Shown one piece after another: positions 51,017 through 64,000 of a DNA stretch of 64,000 nt. The notes beneath the pieces were generated by a model. That model searched no databases and was not told where the DNA came from. It saw only the letters and a list, made by a program, of their open reading frames with translations. Position 1 is the first letter of the stretch. Every line of letters begins with the position of its first letter. The stretch comes from Camelus dromedarius (lineage: Eukaryota), in contig NC_087436.1 of assembly GCF_036321535.1 (NCBI RefSeq), positions 99,574,001 through 99,638,000 of the forward strand, given 5' to 3'. The position numbers were made by a program, and so were the translations under genes.

Positions 51017-52219
51017 CAAGTGCAACTGGATGAACGAATGGAACATAATGTTATATTACAATGCCAGATATATTAATAACTTAAGTTCATGAGGATATGT
51101 TAAGGGGAGTAAATTTTCCTCATATGCTCATTAATGGCTGAAATTAAACAGAAAAAATTATCATTAATCCCTGTATTAGTTTGCTAGAATTATTACATGG
51201 AGAAAGGTCGGAGGAAAGGTCAAAGCCAAGGAAAACTTAGGACATAGTACATATTCATTCTCAGAAAAAAAGTAGACACAGCATTAAGCATTTAGTGGAC
51301 TAGAATCTTGATTGAAGATATTAAGAAAAGGTCAAAAGACGAGCTTAAGTGAGGCAGAAAAGTGGGAGGGCAGAGGTATGGTGGGAGTTAAGAGGTAAAG
51401 GGAATCAGTAGTCGTGGCGAATTTTCCAAATACCATACTCACTGGCATAGAATTCTTTAAAAAAAGAAAGAAAGAAAGAAAGAAAAAAACCTCTAGAAAT
51501 AGGTTTTATATTACCTATTTTACATATGGGAGTACTAAATCTCAGAGAGAATAATTAATTTGTAAACATAAAAAAGATATAGCAGAGGAAGGATTCAGAA
51601 TTCTAAGTGATGCAAGAATCAACATCACCAAAGTAAATTCCAGCCAATAACCACTTCACTAAGGTTCCCTAAGTCCTTTAGTGCCAATGAAATCTGAATT
51701 GTCTGTCAGTAGTGATTTTAAGTGACTTCTGAGTAGTTTCTGAAAGGTCAAAAATCCTGCTGCCTAAGTCTCTGAGTCCACACATTTCTCCAACCTTCTC
51801 CAACAATCAAGATGCATGAAGAAGGGATAGCAAAATCAACACATTTTCTGTGTGTTATTTGGTAATATAAAATGTGGTGATATAAAATGAATTTTATAAC
51901 AAAATTTTGGTACACAGTGCATGTTCTCTTTCAAAATGTATTTTTCCTATAAGGAGGGAACAGTGGGACTCAGTCATTTGTGGCTTTAAAAGTAGTTTTA
52001 GGCGGAATACTGCAGTCTGAGTAATGCTTGTAAATCTCATACAGCAAATGGCCTCACAATATAAAAATAAACTCACAATGGAATTATTAAAATTAAACAA
52101 GTCTTATGTATCATTTCTTGAACTTTGAATGGTTTGCTCAACTTCACTTAGCAACTGCCAAATCCCTTATACATTGAACTGCAGTGGTAAAATCAGGGCT
52201 TCAGGAAAGCAGAGAGTGT

Positions 52220-52640
52220 TTGTAATTAATTGCTTTTGTTATCTAAAGTTGCATTAACAATTAAATCCCGTATCTATTTTAAAATGGCAATATCTTATTA
52301 TCTCTAATGGGTCTTTGTGTAGACTGGGTTCAGATAGCGTTCTTTCTCCAAATATTTCATGTAGTTGCCATTAAGTGGCAGTTGGGTGTGGAATGATCTG
52401 AAACTTGAATTGGCTGTACTAATTCAAATGTCTGGGACCAGGCAGGAAGCCTGGAGCAACCCAGGGTTGGTTGATCATCTCTTGCTCTCAACACTTCATC
52501 ACTTATCCCATATTCTATGGGGGTCACAGACCTTACTCCCTAACCCTGATTCAGGAGAGTAGAGAAATAGCCCCCACTACTTGATAGAGGATTAGTAAGT
52601 AACACCGAAGAGGAGCATAAGGGATGGGAGATACCATGTC
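52220..52640 (-). mobile_element. MaLR (MLT1-like) LTR remnant
   Basis: TAATTGCTTTTGTT..GTTGCATTAACAA..CACTTATCCCATATTCTATGGG..CCCACTACTTGATAGAGG. Confidence 0.5.
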
Positions 52641-55600
52641 TTTGGCTGGATAAAATTGGTAAAGGAGAACTACCCTAAGAATTGTGGACTAGGTTATTTA
52701 TTAATGGGATTACATATTACACAAATGATGTGAGATTCACAGAAAGGTTGATCCAAAAATAGGAACTGGAGAAATGAGAAAACAAGTGTGTAAAATTTTC
52801 AGGGAGACATTGAAGCTAAATATATCCAGCTTCTAGAGTAGCAACATAAAGGTGGCTGGCATAGAAGTCTGTGGAGCGGTATTGGTTCTAGCTTGTGTGG
52901 CTGCCTCCTCTCTGAGTTTTGTAACAAAGCATCCATGGGTGGGCTTGGGCTGCTGTTGGTTAGTGTGACTTAAGTCAGTCAGGAATCAGACTGTTGGCTG
53001 CAGAGCAGGCAAGAGCAGGAACAAGTTAGAAAAATCTGTACCACTTTGTCTCTCTAAGACAATATGCCTGTCTCTCGAGCCTAATCCTATTTCTTCATTC
53101 TGTCTCCCAAATATTCATCCACTCTAACTTGAAATCACATAAGAAAGAGATTCCTGGGATGTGTACTTCCCAATTTTACCAAACTGGCCATAGAATAATA
53201 CAGTATATACATATAGTGACCCTGATCAGGATTTACAAACATATCTGTAAGTGTCAACTATTAAAAGAATCTTATGTGGTCAGGAAAAGTTATTGAATGA
53301 GTTTTGTTGTTTGTGTTTTGGGATATTTTTGAGATGCATAAGCACATACTAGTAAAGTGTCACAATAACTGTGTAGGTGCTTTAGGTATAATTGGGTGTA
53401 TGGTCCACCACGCTGGTACATTTTTATCAAGTGTCTCAGTGTTGCATTAGTATTAGCCATCTAACTACCTCTTCAGTCATTCCTTCAACACACATTTATT
53501 GAGTACTACCACATACCAGGTATTTTGCAACTCCAATGGTTTTATTTTCAAAGCTGAAATACCTTCCTCCTTTATTTCATGCAGATTTCACATTGTTGAA
53601 AGCCATTTTAATCAGGAATTCATATATTTGCATTGAATCATAATTTTGGGAAGGACTGTGAAACGTTATTCAGGCAAAACTACTCCTAAATCACTGATTG
53701 TCCCCGTATTTCCCTGGTGTAGCCGGCACAGTCAGCACCGGCCCAATAAACCCACCTGAATGATGACACGCCAACTACCATTCATAGCTGAATTAATACA
53801 CAAAGGTCCTAGGGAGTGCCGACATTAGTCCCGGAAGTGGAGTCGAATATGTTAGAAAGCTGTTTCTTACTTCAATCTGACTATTTTTATGAGTATATAA
53901 CTTAACATCTTGTAAATGCATTCGTGTTGTGAACACTACAGAGGAAAAAAAGCACATTTTTAAAGATTTCCTTGCCTTACTTTGTCATGATGTGTAAGTT
54001 GAAATTATTTAGCTTTTAAGAACATAAATGATTTGATATTTTTGCTTTTTTTTTTCACTTTTAATTTCCTACCAGCAGACCCTCTGCATGATCAAGATGG
54101 AAAGGCCACATCACTGTCCTATACAAACAATTTCAGCAAACTGGGTGATTGCTTAGGAATCATATTAAGCAATTCTTTTTCCATACATTGATTGTCCATA
54201 ATATCCTCAATCAGACAACAATTGATTTCCGCTTAATACAAAGAAACTAATTTGAGTTAAATTGTGAGATTGAAAGCTAGAGAAAGAGAGAGAGAAATAT
54301 AGAGGTAAAGGAAAAAAATTTTTATAATTATTTGCTTATTAGACATTAAAGTATTGGAACCTTAGATCTGACCTCAAAAGGTTATCTCTTCCAGTTACTT
54401 CCTGAATCCAGTAGAGGCTACTTGACATACTAAATTTGTGTGTTTTTTCAATACCTCCACAATAGATCAATGAGAATATACATATCCATTTGCTTTTTAA
54501 TCTCAAAAATGAAACTTTTAAATTTTTAAAACTATGACATGACCATAAAGTTAAATAAATTTCAGTTTTTGTGTATCAATTCTTAGTTGATGTATACACA
54601 GCCTTAAATGCTTGTGTTTTCAGGCCAACTTATTCCAAAACCTGCCTTATAGCCATTGAAATATTGACTCTCTTTCTCATGAAGTATTTTCCTTATTTAT
54701 TGTTTGCAAATGATCAATGCACCTAAACTATTATTTTCTTTGATTTTAACCTCCTCACATATTTCATTCTAAAATTCAAAATTTTACCCCTCAGAATGAC
54801 AGATACTGTTCCTACTATATGCAACACGAGCATTACTTTTAAACTTTCTTATATTACCAGCTGGTATATTTGAAAACTTTGTTTCAGTCTATGTATGTTA
54901 CACAACCTAAGATATCACTTAAACTTTGCCTGTTTTCTCCATGCCCAGTGTCACAAAAATGTCCATGTTCTCATTTTCATTCATGATTTTGGTAACGTAG
55001 TTGACGTTCACATCAATCTCTTAACTGGTCTTCTCATCACCAGTCTCTTTTAAGTTCAACTTTGCTAAGCACTTTAAACACATTATCTTTCCTAAAACAA
55101 ACACACACACACACTTTCCAGATCATTAGGCAGTCTGTAGCAGAACCTGGACTTAGACTCAAGTCTTTGTGATTCCGTAGCCTCCTTAATCCCTTGAGCT
55201 GTATGTTCTACTCTTACTCGTGTTTTCCTTCCCACAAGACCATGGATATTTTGAGGAAAAGAACTATATCTCATTCTCCTTCAAATTCCCAGGGCTTATC
55301 CTAGAACCAAATCAGAGTAGTAACTCAAAAAATATTTAATAAATAAATGTATTTAAATAAGAAAATTATATTGGGTTTTTCCAGATTGAAACTAGTAAAA
55401 TGCTAGGCTACTTACCCAGAGTCTACTAGGCAAACACATTTAGCAGTACATGAGTACTTCATTTAGGATTCCCAGGTGATATTAAGAATCCAGCTACGTA
55501 TAGAAAATTTGAGCAACTATGGGAAAGAGTCTGATGGTCAGAACTGTCCGTGTTGACAGTGAATTTTTCATTAATGAGGTTATTTGCGAAAATGTAACCT

Positions 55601-55651
55601 GATCACTGGACCTAGCGAACAAACGAGAATGGAAAGAATTAGCAGACTATA

Positions 55652-55709
55652 GACTAATTAAGGCCATTTCATACTTAATTGTTTTTTCTGTTTTGTCCTA
55701 TAGGTGAGT
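55652..55709 (+). other. Candidate recursive splice site (3' splice site immediately followed by a 5' splice site)
   Basis: Branch-like CTAAT (55654) and TTAAT (55675-55679); no AG from 55663 to 55701; tract GTTTTTTCTGTTTTGTCC then TATAG|GTGAGT. Confidence 0.4.
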
Positions 55710-56724
55710 CTGTAAAATAACCTCACTTCCTACTGGTTTTCTACAAAAAGATGACAGCACAGAACAGGTTCATTATAGGGTACCTCATCAATTCCTTTCT
55801 CTTTCAAGCATTATTTTATAATCTTTAAAACTGATCTTATCTGAATAAAAAATTTTAAAATGTTCAGGGTGCAAATGACAAAGTAGCAAGCCTCTCGGGA
55901 TGACTGTATTTTTGTGCCACAGCTGCCAATGTGAAGAAATCCTGAAATAGGGTCTGATAACGTAACAAATCAAAAGTGACACAGTTAATTCAAGGAAAGG
56001 GGCCAACATACACTAAGTAATCCTTTTTTTTTTTTTTTTTTTTTTTTTTGCTGATTTGCACAAGAACAAACATCAGTATGTAATGATGCATTATGACAGA
56101 AAATAGCAGGGGTTTGGGGCAAGCACAGACTGAAATCTTTTCTGCAGCATTTATGAAAGATTCAGAGCCACTCACTACCCTTTTTTGCTGGTCTAAGCAT
56201 GAATCAGTTTAACAGCTCAATTTACAATGCTATTGCTCATGGAGAGAATAAAAAACTATATCAGTTGTTCTAAGAAATCTATGTAAGTGAGAAATTAGTA
56301 ATTTTCAATTGTGCACAGTAAGAATGTTTGTTTTTCCAAAAGCAATTTGGTATCTGTAGGGAAAATGAATAAAAATTTATTCCTCACTGAAAGGACAAAA
56401 GTGTTAGTAGGTGAATGTGTTTCGACATAAAAATGAAGTCATTTCTCATAGTCCTGAATTAGCTTCTGCAGAGAGAGAATCATTTTAGGTTTATTTTCCT
56501 TTTTGTAACAGAAAACAGCTTCTTTCCATTCTACTAGTTCAATATGTTTTACATAAATTTGGGCAATTGGGGACAATGAGATTGATAAGTCAAGTGGCAA
56601 TAATTAAATATCAATTGAAGAAAATATTGCTTCGATGGATAACGTTGAAATCAACTCCAGTCAATTTTCAGCCTGGTAAAAACAGTGAGACTTCCATAAC
56701 AACCAGGTTACTTTAATAGAGAAA

Positions 56725-56734
56725 CGCATGCGCA
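56725..56734 (+). promoter_or_regulatory. NRF1-like motif
   Basis: CGCATGCGCA with both CpGs intact in otherwise CpG-depleted DNA. Confidence 0.35.
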
Positions 56735-57419
56735 TACAGGCCCCATTTCAATACTCCCGTTTAAATTCCCAAGTTAGAAACGAGTAAAATTTGGTTCATT
56801 AATATAAGGAGGGTTGTAGCTTAATTAAATAGAGCAGGATCTTCAAACTTGTACAGGATATGAAGAGATCCGTAAAATAACTCTTCAGTTGTAGGTTTAC
56901 TCATAATGCGGTGGGAAAACCACCAAGGTAAGCGCTGGGAGACCTGAGTTTCCATTCTGGTTCTTAGACTAATTAGGTCTGTAACTAGACTGAGACCTAC
57001 TGTGAGGGAGGCATTTCCCCTCTGGGAGGCTCAGCTTCCAATTTTCTCATATGCAAATTTAGCATCAGATCCACTGATCTCCGAGGCCTCTTTCAACTCG
57101 AACATTCTGGAATTTTGTGTTACTACTTTTGGGTACAGTATTATTCCAAAGATAGCAAACAGCATTTGTATTTCAGGTCATAGCCTCAAAATAAGTGGAA
57201 GGAAAGACAAGGAGAGGAGGTTTACATTCTGAGTTTCCAAACTTAGGATTTAAAACTTTAAGCAGAATGAGACAAAACCCATGATACTTCTTAGGTGAAT
57301 TTGCACAAATTCGGGTCATTTGGAAAACAACTTAAAAATGCAAATGTAGCAGGAAACCATTTACCTCTTATTAAGAGTGGAACAGGTAAGCTGGCACAGG
57401 AATGACTGCTGAGTTAATG

Positions 57420-57640
57420 TCTCTGTGGTCAGAAGGATAATTTTGGGTTCAAAACTGGCCATTGATCAACTGGGTGACAATGGACAAGCTACTTACATTT
57501 TGGGGGGAAGGGCTTTATTTTCCTTATTTTAAAAATAGAGATGCTTGCCTTTAACTTACATAGTCATCCTCAGATTTATATGAACTAGAAGCTGTTAAGT
57601 GCCTGGCACACAAAGATGCTTGTCCAATGTTAATTCATTT
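57420..57640 (+). mobile_element. MIR SINE
   Basis: TGGGTTCAAAACTGGC..CTGGGTGACAATGGACAAGCTACTT..TTCCTTATTTTAAAAATAGAG..AGTGCCTGGCACAC. Confidence 0.7.
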
Positions 57641-59744
57641 TTCCCTATTGTGCAGTCTTTACCTAAGCCACTGCACTGATTGGTTTTTTGGTTTTGTTTT
57701 GTTTTACTTTTTGATCCATGTATTTAGGAACTATTTGATGGGACCATTTCAATGTCCTAGAAAGTGGAAACAGCTTTTTCCCACTTCAATTCACCAAGCC
57801 ATTTAGTTCAAACTAGACTCAAACAAACCTGCATTTAAAAACTCAAAGGTAAGTGCACTGTAGACAGTACAGTATTTTTCAGAAAAGAAAAAAAAAAAAA
57901 AAGAACATCTTCTACAGAGCACTCCTAAAGCAATGCTTTAGTGCTTTCAGTGGAACTCAGCTAAGCATTGTTAGTATAAACAGTAAATGTTAATCACACT
58001 GAGGATTTTTCTACATTGGAACAACAAGGCATAATTTTAGAAGCTAGAGGCAGTTAATTCTGCTACTCCTGTCAGATGTCATTACTGGAAAACTGCAGCA
58101 CTGTCTTTTTCCTAGGCAGAGTGGAAAATGATTACAGTTAAATACACTGTATATTTTTATATAATTCTTAACAAAGTGCTAGTGTTCATATCTCGATGTA
58201 TTGAAAAATGCCTCTGCCAAGATTTCCAACTTCGTGATCCCATTGTCCATTCCTGTATAGAGTTTCTAGTCTTCATTTAATAAAATAAATCTAATACACA
58301 TAAGAGATACAGGAGAGAATAAAAATATTTAATCGTTACATAGATTGCCTTGGTAACTTTGTGTATTATGTAATACAATTTATTTTTTGCTTTATATTTT
58401 TTAAATATTTTTTCAATTGATACTTTTTTATTCATTTTGCATTTTACTTTTGGTTTAACTTTTGTCTGACAAAATGATTAGTCAGTTATGTTTATGGCTA
58501 AACATTGTTCTGAACGGAGCATAACTCAGCATATTCATGGGATTGAAGTGAACAAAGATGGTGATGAACCAAGCTGAGCTCTGGTCAGCATTATGATCAT
58601 CTTAATTTGTGTCATTCTGGCATCCTCTACTCATCTGAGAGGACATGTGTCGACATTGTTAAAAAAAAACAAAAACTAAGAACAAAATAATAAATTAAAC
58701 ATAGCCCTCGTGCACTCTCTAAAATGGTGGTTCCGTTGTGACTGGCTCTGTTAGCCTGGCATCAATCCGAAAACACCGTCTCTCACCTCAAGAAAGTTTC
58801 TCTGTAGACATATGTGACTTAACTAGAGAACATTTGAGGGAGCATAAAATAATAGAAGATAAATTATTTGCAAGTGCCAAAGGGATGATGAATCATAATA
58901 TATGACAAATTGTAATGAGAAATCTAGGGACTGAGTTACAACCTCTTAACAGTGAATCGATACAGGAAGCAAAGTCAGGCAGGAAAATGCAGACTGCTGT
59001 GATCCACATTTTACTCAGATGACCAAGTTCAAAGTTATACATCATCCAAGGACTCAAAAATAAGGGTTACAGGGTAGTTTCGGGCAGATGGCACTGAACA
59101 CTCTTTCTATTAAGGGACTTCTATGGAGAATGCAATGATGTCATCCAAAATTTTGATTCTACAACTATTTGGCATAGTACAGTTTCATGTTTTAAGAGTG
59201 GCATTACATAATATAACCATAGTCAACATTTAAAAAATGTATCTATATTTACATTTAAAGGTCCACCTACCGTCCAAATAAGGGGGGTTTTTTGGCTGTT
59301 AATTTTTAGGGGTTTTTGCTTTTTGCTTTATTTGTTCATTTTGTATTTTGAATACTGATGGTAATAAGGAAGGCCTGTTGATGGATGGGGAGGGGTAAGG
59401 AGAAAAACAGTTTGTATTCAGGAAGGAATGAGAGAAAAAAAGCATAAATAATTTGTGAGAACACACCTCTAGAAAAAGTGATGCAAATGCATTTTTACTA
59501 CATCTATAAGCAGAAAGCAGGGAAACCTCACCACCTAACAAACCCCTGGCCTCCTATAACCAGTTAATGAAAAAGAACCATTGCATGACAGAGTAGCAGT
59601 CTGGAAGCTGAAGAAAGAGCTATTCCCATGGATGTGCTGTGTGGGGAAGACTTGGGCCACAGAGGGAATGACTGTAGGAAGTGACCATGACAACGGCTGA
59701 TGTGCACTGAACTCTCCCTATATGCCCAGGTCTAGGCCACGTAT

Positions 59745-60095
59745 TTTCAGACTCATATCCTCTCACAGCATCTCCAAGGTTCACATACCATTACTATCAG
59801 CCCACTTTTAGAGATGAGGAAACAGACATTGAGTGACAGTCGATGGGTCTCAGTCTTGGAGACACATGAGAAATACCTGAAGATGTTTGGAAAATACTGC
59901 CAGGTCTTGACTTCAGAATCTCTGGGAGGTGAGGGTGGACACTGGTATTTTTTAAAGCCCCCAAATGGTTCTAACATGAAGCCAACATTGAGAAGCACTG
60001 AATTAAGGAATTTCTCCAAAGTAACACAATGAGTGTGAGTCAGGACAGGCACCTGGCAGAGCGGCCTCTTAGTGATACATTCAGCTGTCCTGTAG
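59745..60095 (-). mobile_element. MIR split by a MER5-like insertion
   Basis: ATCCTCTCACAGC..CCCACTTTTAGAGATGAGGAAACAGAC, resuming after 60000 with TTAAGGAATTTCTCCAAAGTAACACA. Confidence 0.65.
59837..60000. mobile_element. MER5A/B-like hAT MITE
   Basis: CAGT..TCTCA start; CAGAATCTCTGGG..GTATTTTTTAAAGCCCCCAAATGGTTCTAACATG..TTGAGAAGCACTG end. Confidence 0.75.
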
Positions 60096-60984
60096 TGCAC
60101 ATGAGGGGAGGCAGCAGCAGGCTGAGATCAACAGTGCAGTTCATACCTGCTCCCAAATTATGACAGCACCTTATGGCAAGTCCTCAGCACCTGGTTCTCG
60201 GACTCTCCTCCCTTAAAAAGCCTCCTATGACTTCTTATTGCTCTTACTGTAAAGAAAAATTTATTGTACTGGGTCTACAAAGACAAAAGTCCTCAGAACC
60301 TTGCCTTTCCTGGTCCTCCAGTCACATCTCCTTGCAGATGCTCCTTGGAAAGTGGCTTTTCCCACCCCCGTGTCTCTGGGTGTTCCCAGGGGCTGTGGCC
60401 TCTACTTGGATTACGCTTTCTTAACTTCTTCCCAATATTAATCCCTGTTCCAACTTACAATTTTATTTCAAGGGTCACTTCTCAGGGAAAACGTGAGTTT
60501 CATGACTAGGTCCAAACCTCAGCCCTCCCGACTCTCCCCAGATACTTAATGGATTGTCTGAGCTTTATATTCCTTTTAGCCACTTTTACAATTTTACTTC
60601 TTAATATACATAGCTGATTGCTGAATCGAAGTCTCACTACTTCCATCACTCTCCCTGGCCCTAAAGCATTTGTGTACTTTGGTGAGCATCTCTATTTCAT
60701 TTTCTTTATGCCATCTTAAACTCTAGCTCTCTTAAAGCAAAATTTATCTTCCTGCTCTAAAATGTAGTTCTCATTTGCATTAAGAATGTGAAGACTCTCT
60801 TCATTGCCAGGGCTTAAGTTGTCAGGACTGCTCATGAGTCCTCTTTTATCCAGTATTTACACTTACTTGGTCAAACTTGATAGTTGAACATTCAACATTT
60901 CTCCTTCGTTTGTTGTCTTTTTTTCATTCCACAGCCAACCCCAAGTTCAAGTCTTCATCACTGCTAACACAGACCACTGCAGCT

Positions 60985-61165
60985 TTCCCTAGCATGTGTC
61001 GGGCAACACTGATTGGACTTACTGGACTCATGTGGAGAGCTCATTACAGTGATGTCTATGCCCTATCCGAGATCCAGTGAATCTGAATTTCTGGCGCTGA
61101 AGTCTTAGAATCTGCATCTTAGGAAGCTTCCGTATTACTCATCTGCACGCCGAAGGCTGAGAATC
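60985..61165. mobile_element. MER5A-like hAT MITE
   Basis: TGAATCTGAATTTCTGG..AGAATCTGCATCTTAG..GCACGCCGAAGGCTGAGAA. Confidence 0.6.
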
Positions 61166-62619
61166 TTAAAACTGAAATAACTTTGCAAGCATCGTCACAA
61201 TACCAATCCTTCCTTGCTTCAATTTAACATAGATGCTCCTTCTGCATTAATATTCCAAAGAATTATTCCTGTAGCAAAATACTCAAAGTGAATGAATTCT
61301 GAAACTCCATTGTAGGGCTTAGAATTAAGAATAGATTTAAAGTTTAGTGAGAACATTTTGCTTCCTTTATGTAGTTCAAACTTATTTTTCTACATATATT
61401 CCGTTTGTTCTTTTCTACATACAAATTGCAAGACATATTTCTGAGATTTTTCTCTGTATCAGGTTAACACTTTAACACTCTTGTACAGATCAGCTTGCTT
61501 TTTTTCTCACCTAAAATATACTCGCTCCAACATATGCTTCAAATTAGGGATGTCTATGCTCTCCTCAAATGAAACATTTTAATTACTCTTTGGTGATCTC
61601 CTGAGAGGTGACAGCAAAAATTTTATTAGGCATCCAAAATTTTAACGACAGCTATTCTACAATTTGCTCCAACCCAGTGTCATCATACTTTTCAAAAGAA
61701 AGTAAGGACTCTTGAAATGACTCTCATCTCTCTCAGTTCTAAATATATGTTTTAATATATTTGGGTGCCTGGTGCCACTGCCCATTAGTCCATACCCCCT
61801 CTCTGATACTGGAAAATTCAGATGCCACTGTCTTGGGAACTCAATGCAAATGCTGTATTCGTGGAACCGAAATTAATGGGCCAATGCTAATGCCCTTGTC
61901 TCGATAGTTTTCCTTTCAGAGGATGAGCACTTCTTTCTCGTCTCCTCCACGTGACACCTTCTGGTTCCCCCCACTGCTTTTGATCATTCATGTTTCCATT
62001 TTGTTCCAGTTTAAGTAATTAATAGATACTGCCCCTCTCCTGATTTCCAAGCAACTGAGAAATGAGAAATCAGATTGATGTAGATTAAATCGCTATTATT
62101 GATTCAAACTAGATTTGAACATGGGGCTTCAGTGCAAGGTCACATGACCTGCAGCACGCACCTGAATTACAGTGATTAACTCAACTGGATAATCTCAGGC
62201 CTTCCTTACAGAGGTAGACTCCTTATAGCATGGTAGAAATGCAGCCAAGATTGGTCCTCTTAGAAAGAAACATTTCTTTCCCAATACTGATTTCCTATTT
62301 GACTTGGAGAAGCTCCCCACAAACTACTTCAGATTCTTCTGTACCCCTCATTCACTTCTTTAATCTGATTCGAAAATTTGGAAAGAAAAGCTACCTCCTT
62401 ATTCCCATATTCTTCTTTTATTCTTTATAATCTGGGAATCCAACTTCCCACAAAGAATGTGAATCCCACCTGCTCCTTCATGGCGCAGGTATGAGGGGCA
62501 AGCCTGCTGTGGAGGGGCCCACGTGGTCCAGTTTGACCAGTGGCATGCTAGGTAAGTCTCTGCTGATGAGCTACATTCTCCAGTATTTTATCAGGAATAA
62601 AGGAATATCCCTGGTAAAA

Positions 62620-63180
62620 TGAACATCTGTGAAATCTCTCTGATTGAAACCCTCCATTGTCTCCCCTGCTTCACTCAGAATACAAGCCAAAGGGCACCCG
62701 CTGGCTTCACAGTCCTTTGTGAGATGATGCCAAGTTGTGTCCGTTCTAAGAGCCTTCTCCTGCCCACCCCCAGTTCACTTGCCTGCAGCCATTCTAGCCT
62801 TGTTTGTCTGCAAACAAACACTTGCCCTGTTTCCCTACCCGGGATTCTTTTCCCCTAAAGAGCTCCCCCAAGCTCTTCAAATCTTTGCTGAAGGCCTACC
62901 TTCTAATTAAGGTGACCCTGAAACCCTAAGACCCTGTTTAAAACCGCATCCTAACTCCTCCCACACCTGCAAGGCAGCTTCCCTGCTCTACCCTTTTTTA
63001 CCTTACCATCTCCAAATACACACTCACTTGACATATTTATTTTGTTCATTCTTCATTAACTCGTGCTCCCAACTGAAAATCACACGACGGTAGCAGCTTT
63101 TGTGTCTTCTGTTCCATGATATATCACGAGCACAAAGGAAAGCCCCTGGCATGTCGTAGGCACTCAATCAACATAGGAGG
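62620..63180 (+). mobile_element. L2 3' end
   Basis: AAACCCTCCATTGTCTCCC..CACTCAGAATACAAGCCAAA..CCTGGCATGTCGTAGGCACTCAATCAACAT. Confidence 0.75.
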
Positions 63181-64000
63181 AAGTCAGCGTGGGACGTAAA
63201 AACAGAAATCATGATACGAGTTCCCATAGCTGATGGCTCTGGAGTATGTGGGAAAAAATGGTAGTTATTTCAAAATGATAATTTGTTTTCCCATTTTGGG
63301 CTAATTAAGTACTTTGCTGCTAAGTATGTTTATGACTTAACCAATATACCCTGTCACTTAGTTTTCTAAAAATTGTTTAAACAATGACTAATACTACAAG
63401 TCATTTAAATGTGGCAGTTTTGTGTTTGTGAAATTGCCAATATATTTGCTATAATTAAAGCTATATATTTATATGTCACAGAATAAATTATTTAAGCTTA
63501 TAAACTCTCTCTGCTGACTACTGTTATTTTTAATTTCCAACAAGAAGAAAATAGACACAGCGCATAATAGAGTGAGGCTGGCATATGCTATTATCTTTTG
63601 TGCTGATGTGAAATATTTTCCTGGAGAAAGAAATTAGTAACATATAAATAAGAGAAAACCAACATTATTTTGTATAAATGACATTTTGTGTGTAAGCAAA
63701 TAGCATATATATATATATATACATCTTTATTATATTCATGAATATTTTAGAATATATATGATAAAGATGATGGGAAGGTTATGATATATTTCATGTTAAG
63801 CCATTATTTAATAGGAAACTGAAGGCTGTAATTATCTTTAATAAGTTTTTACATCTTAATTCATGCTCTGAAGAGCAATAATGGGAACACTGGCTTTTCA
63901 CATACTCTGCATGGATATTATATTAATAAAATATTTAGATAAATATTTGGGTATTCTCTGACAGAACACTGAAATCAACTGCCTTTGGGTCTTAGAACTG

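Noticed and set aside
56024..56049. Poly-T run as an orphan retrocopy tail
   Set aside because: No TSD and no attached retroposed body are visible
57050..57057. Perfect octamer ATGCAAAT
   Set aside because: Single 8-mer inside a decayed MIR-like segment; expected by chance in 64 kb of AT-rich DNA
1..64000. CRISPR array, operon or other prokaryotic system
   Set aside because: No regularly spaced direct repeats or dense coding; the sequence is mammalian non-coding DNA

Overview
AT-rich, repeat-dense mammalian genomic DNA, most likely camelid (alpaca/llama/camel), inferred from a Vic-1-type tRNA-derived SINE and artiodactyl-type L1 ends. I recognise no host protein-coding exon; the window reads as a long intron or intergenic region. 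The only protein-like ORFs come from a disrupted ~5.7 kb LINE-1 on the minus strand (21.3-27.0 kb) and from short L1 3' fragments. That long L1 keeps its CpG-rich 5'UTR, ORF1, endonuclease and part of the RT, but has a ~1.3 kb internal deletion, an 18-bp palindrome at its 5' end and no visible TSD. The rest is L1 3' fragments (one with a twin-priming inversion), L2 and MIR relics, MaLR/ERV1/ERVL solo LTRs (some nested), MER53/MER47/MER5/MER3 DNA transposons and microsatellites. The most interesting non-repeat signals are a candidate recursive splice site (TAG|GTGAGT at 55703/55704), nearby NRF1/ETS motifs with non-coding exon-like units (53.7-57.9 kb), a 27-bp hairpin beside a perfect palindrome at 47.4 kb, and a GAS/STAT motif in a MER41-like LTR. 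Repeat family names come from my recall of consensus sequences, not a database search, and many repeat boundaries are approximate. I cannot confidently claim a new biological system.
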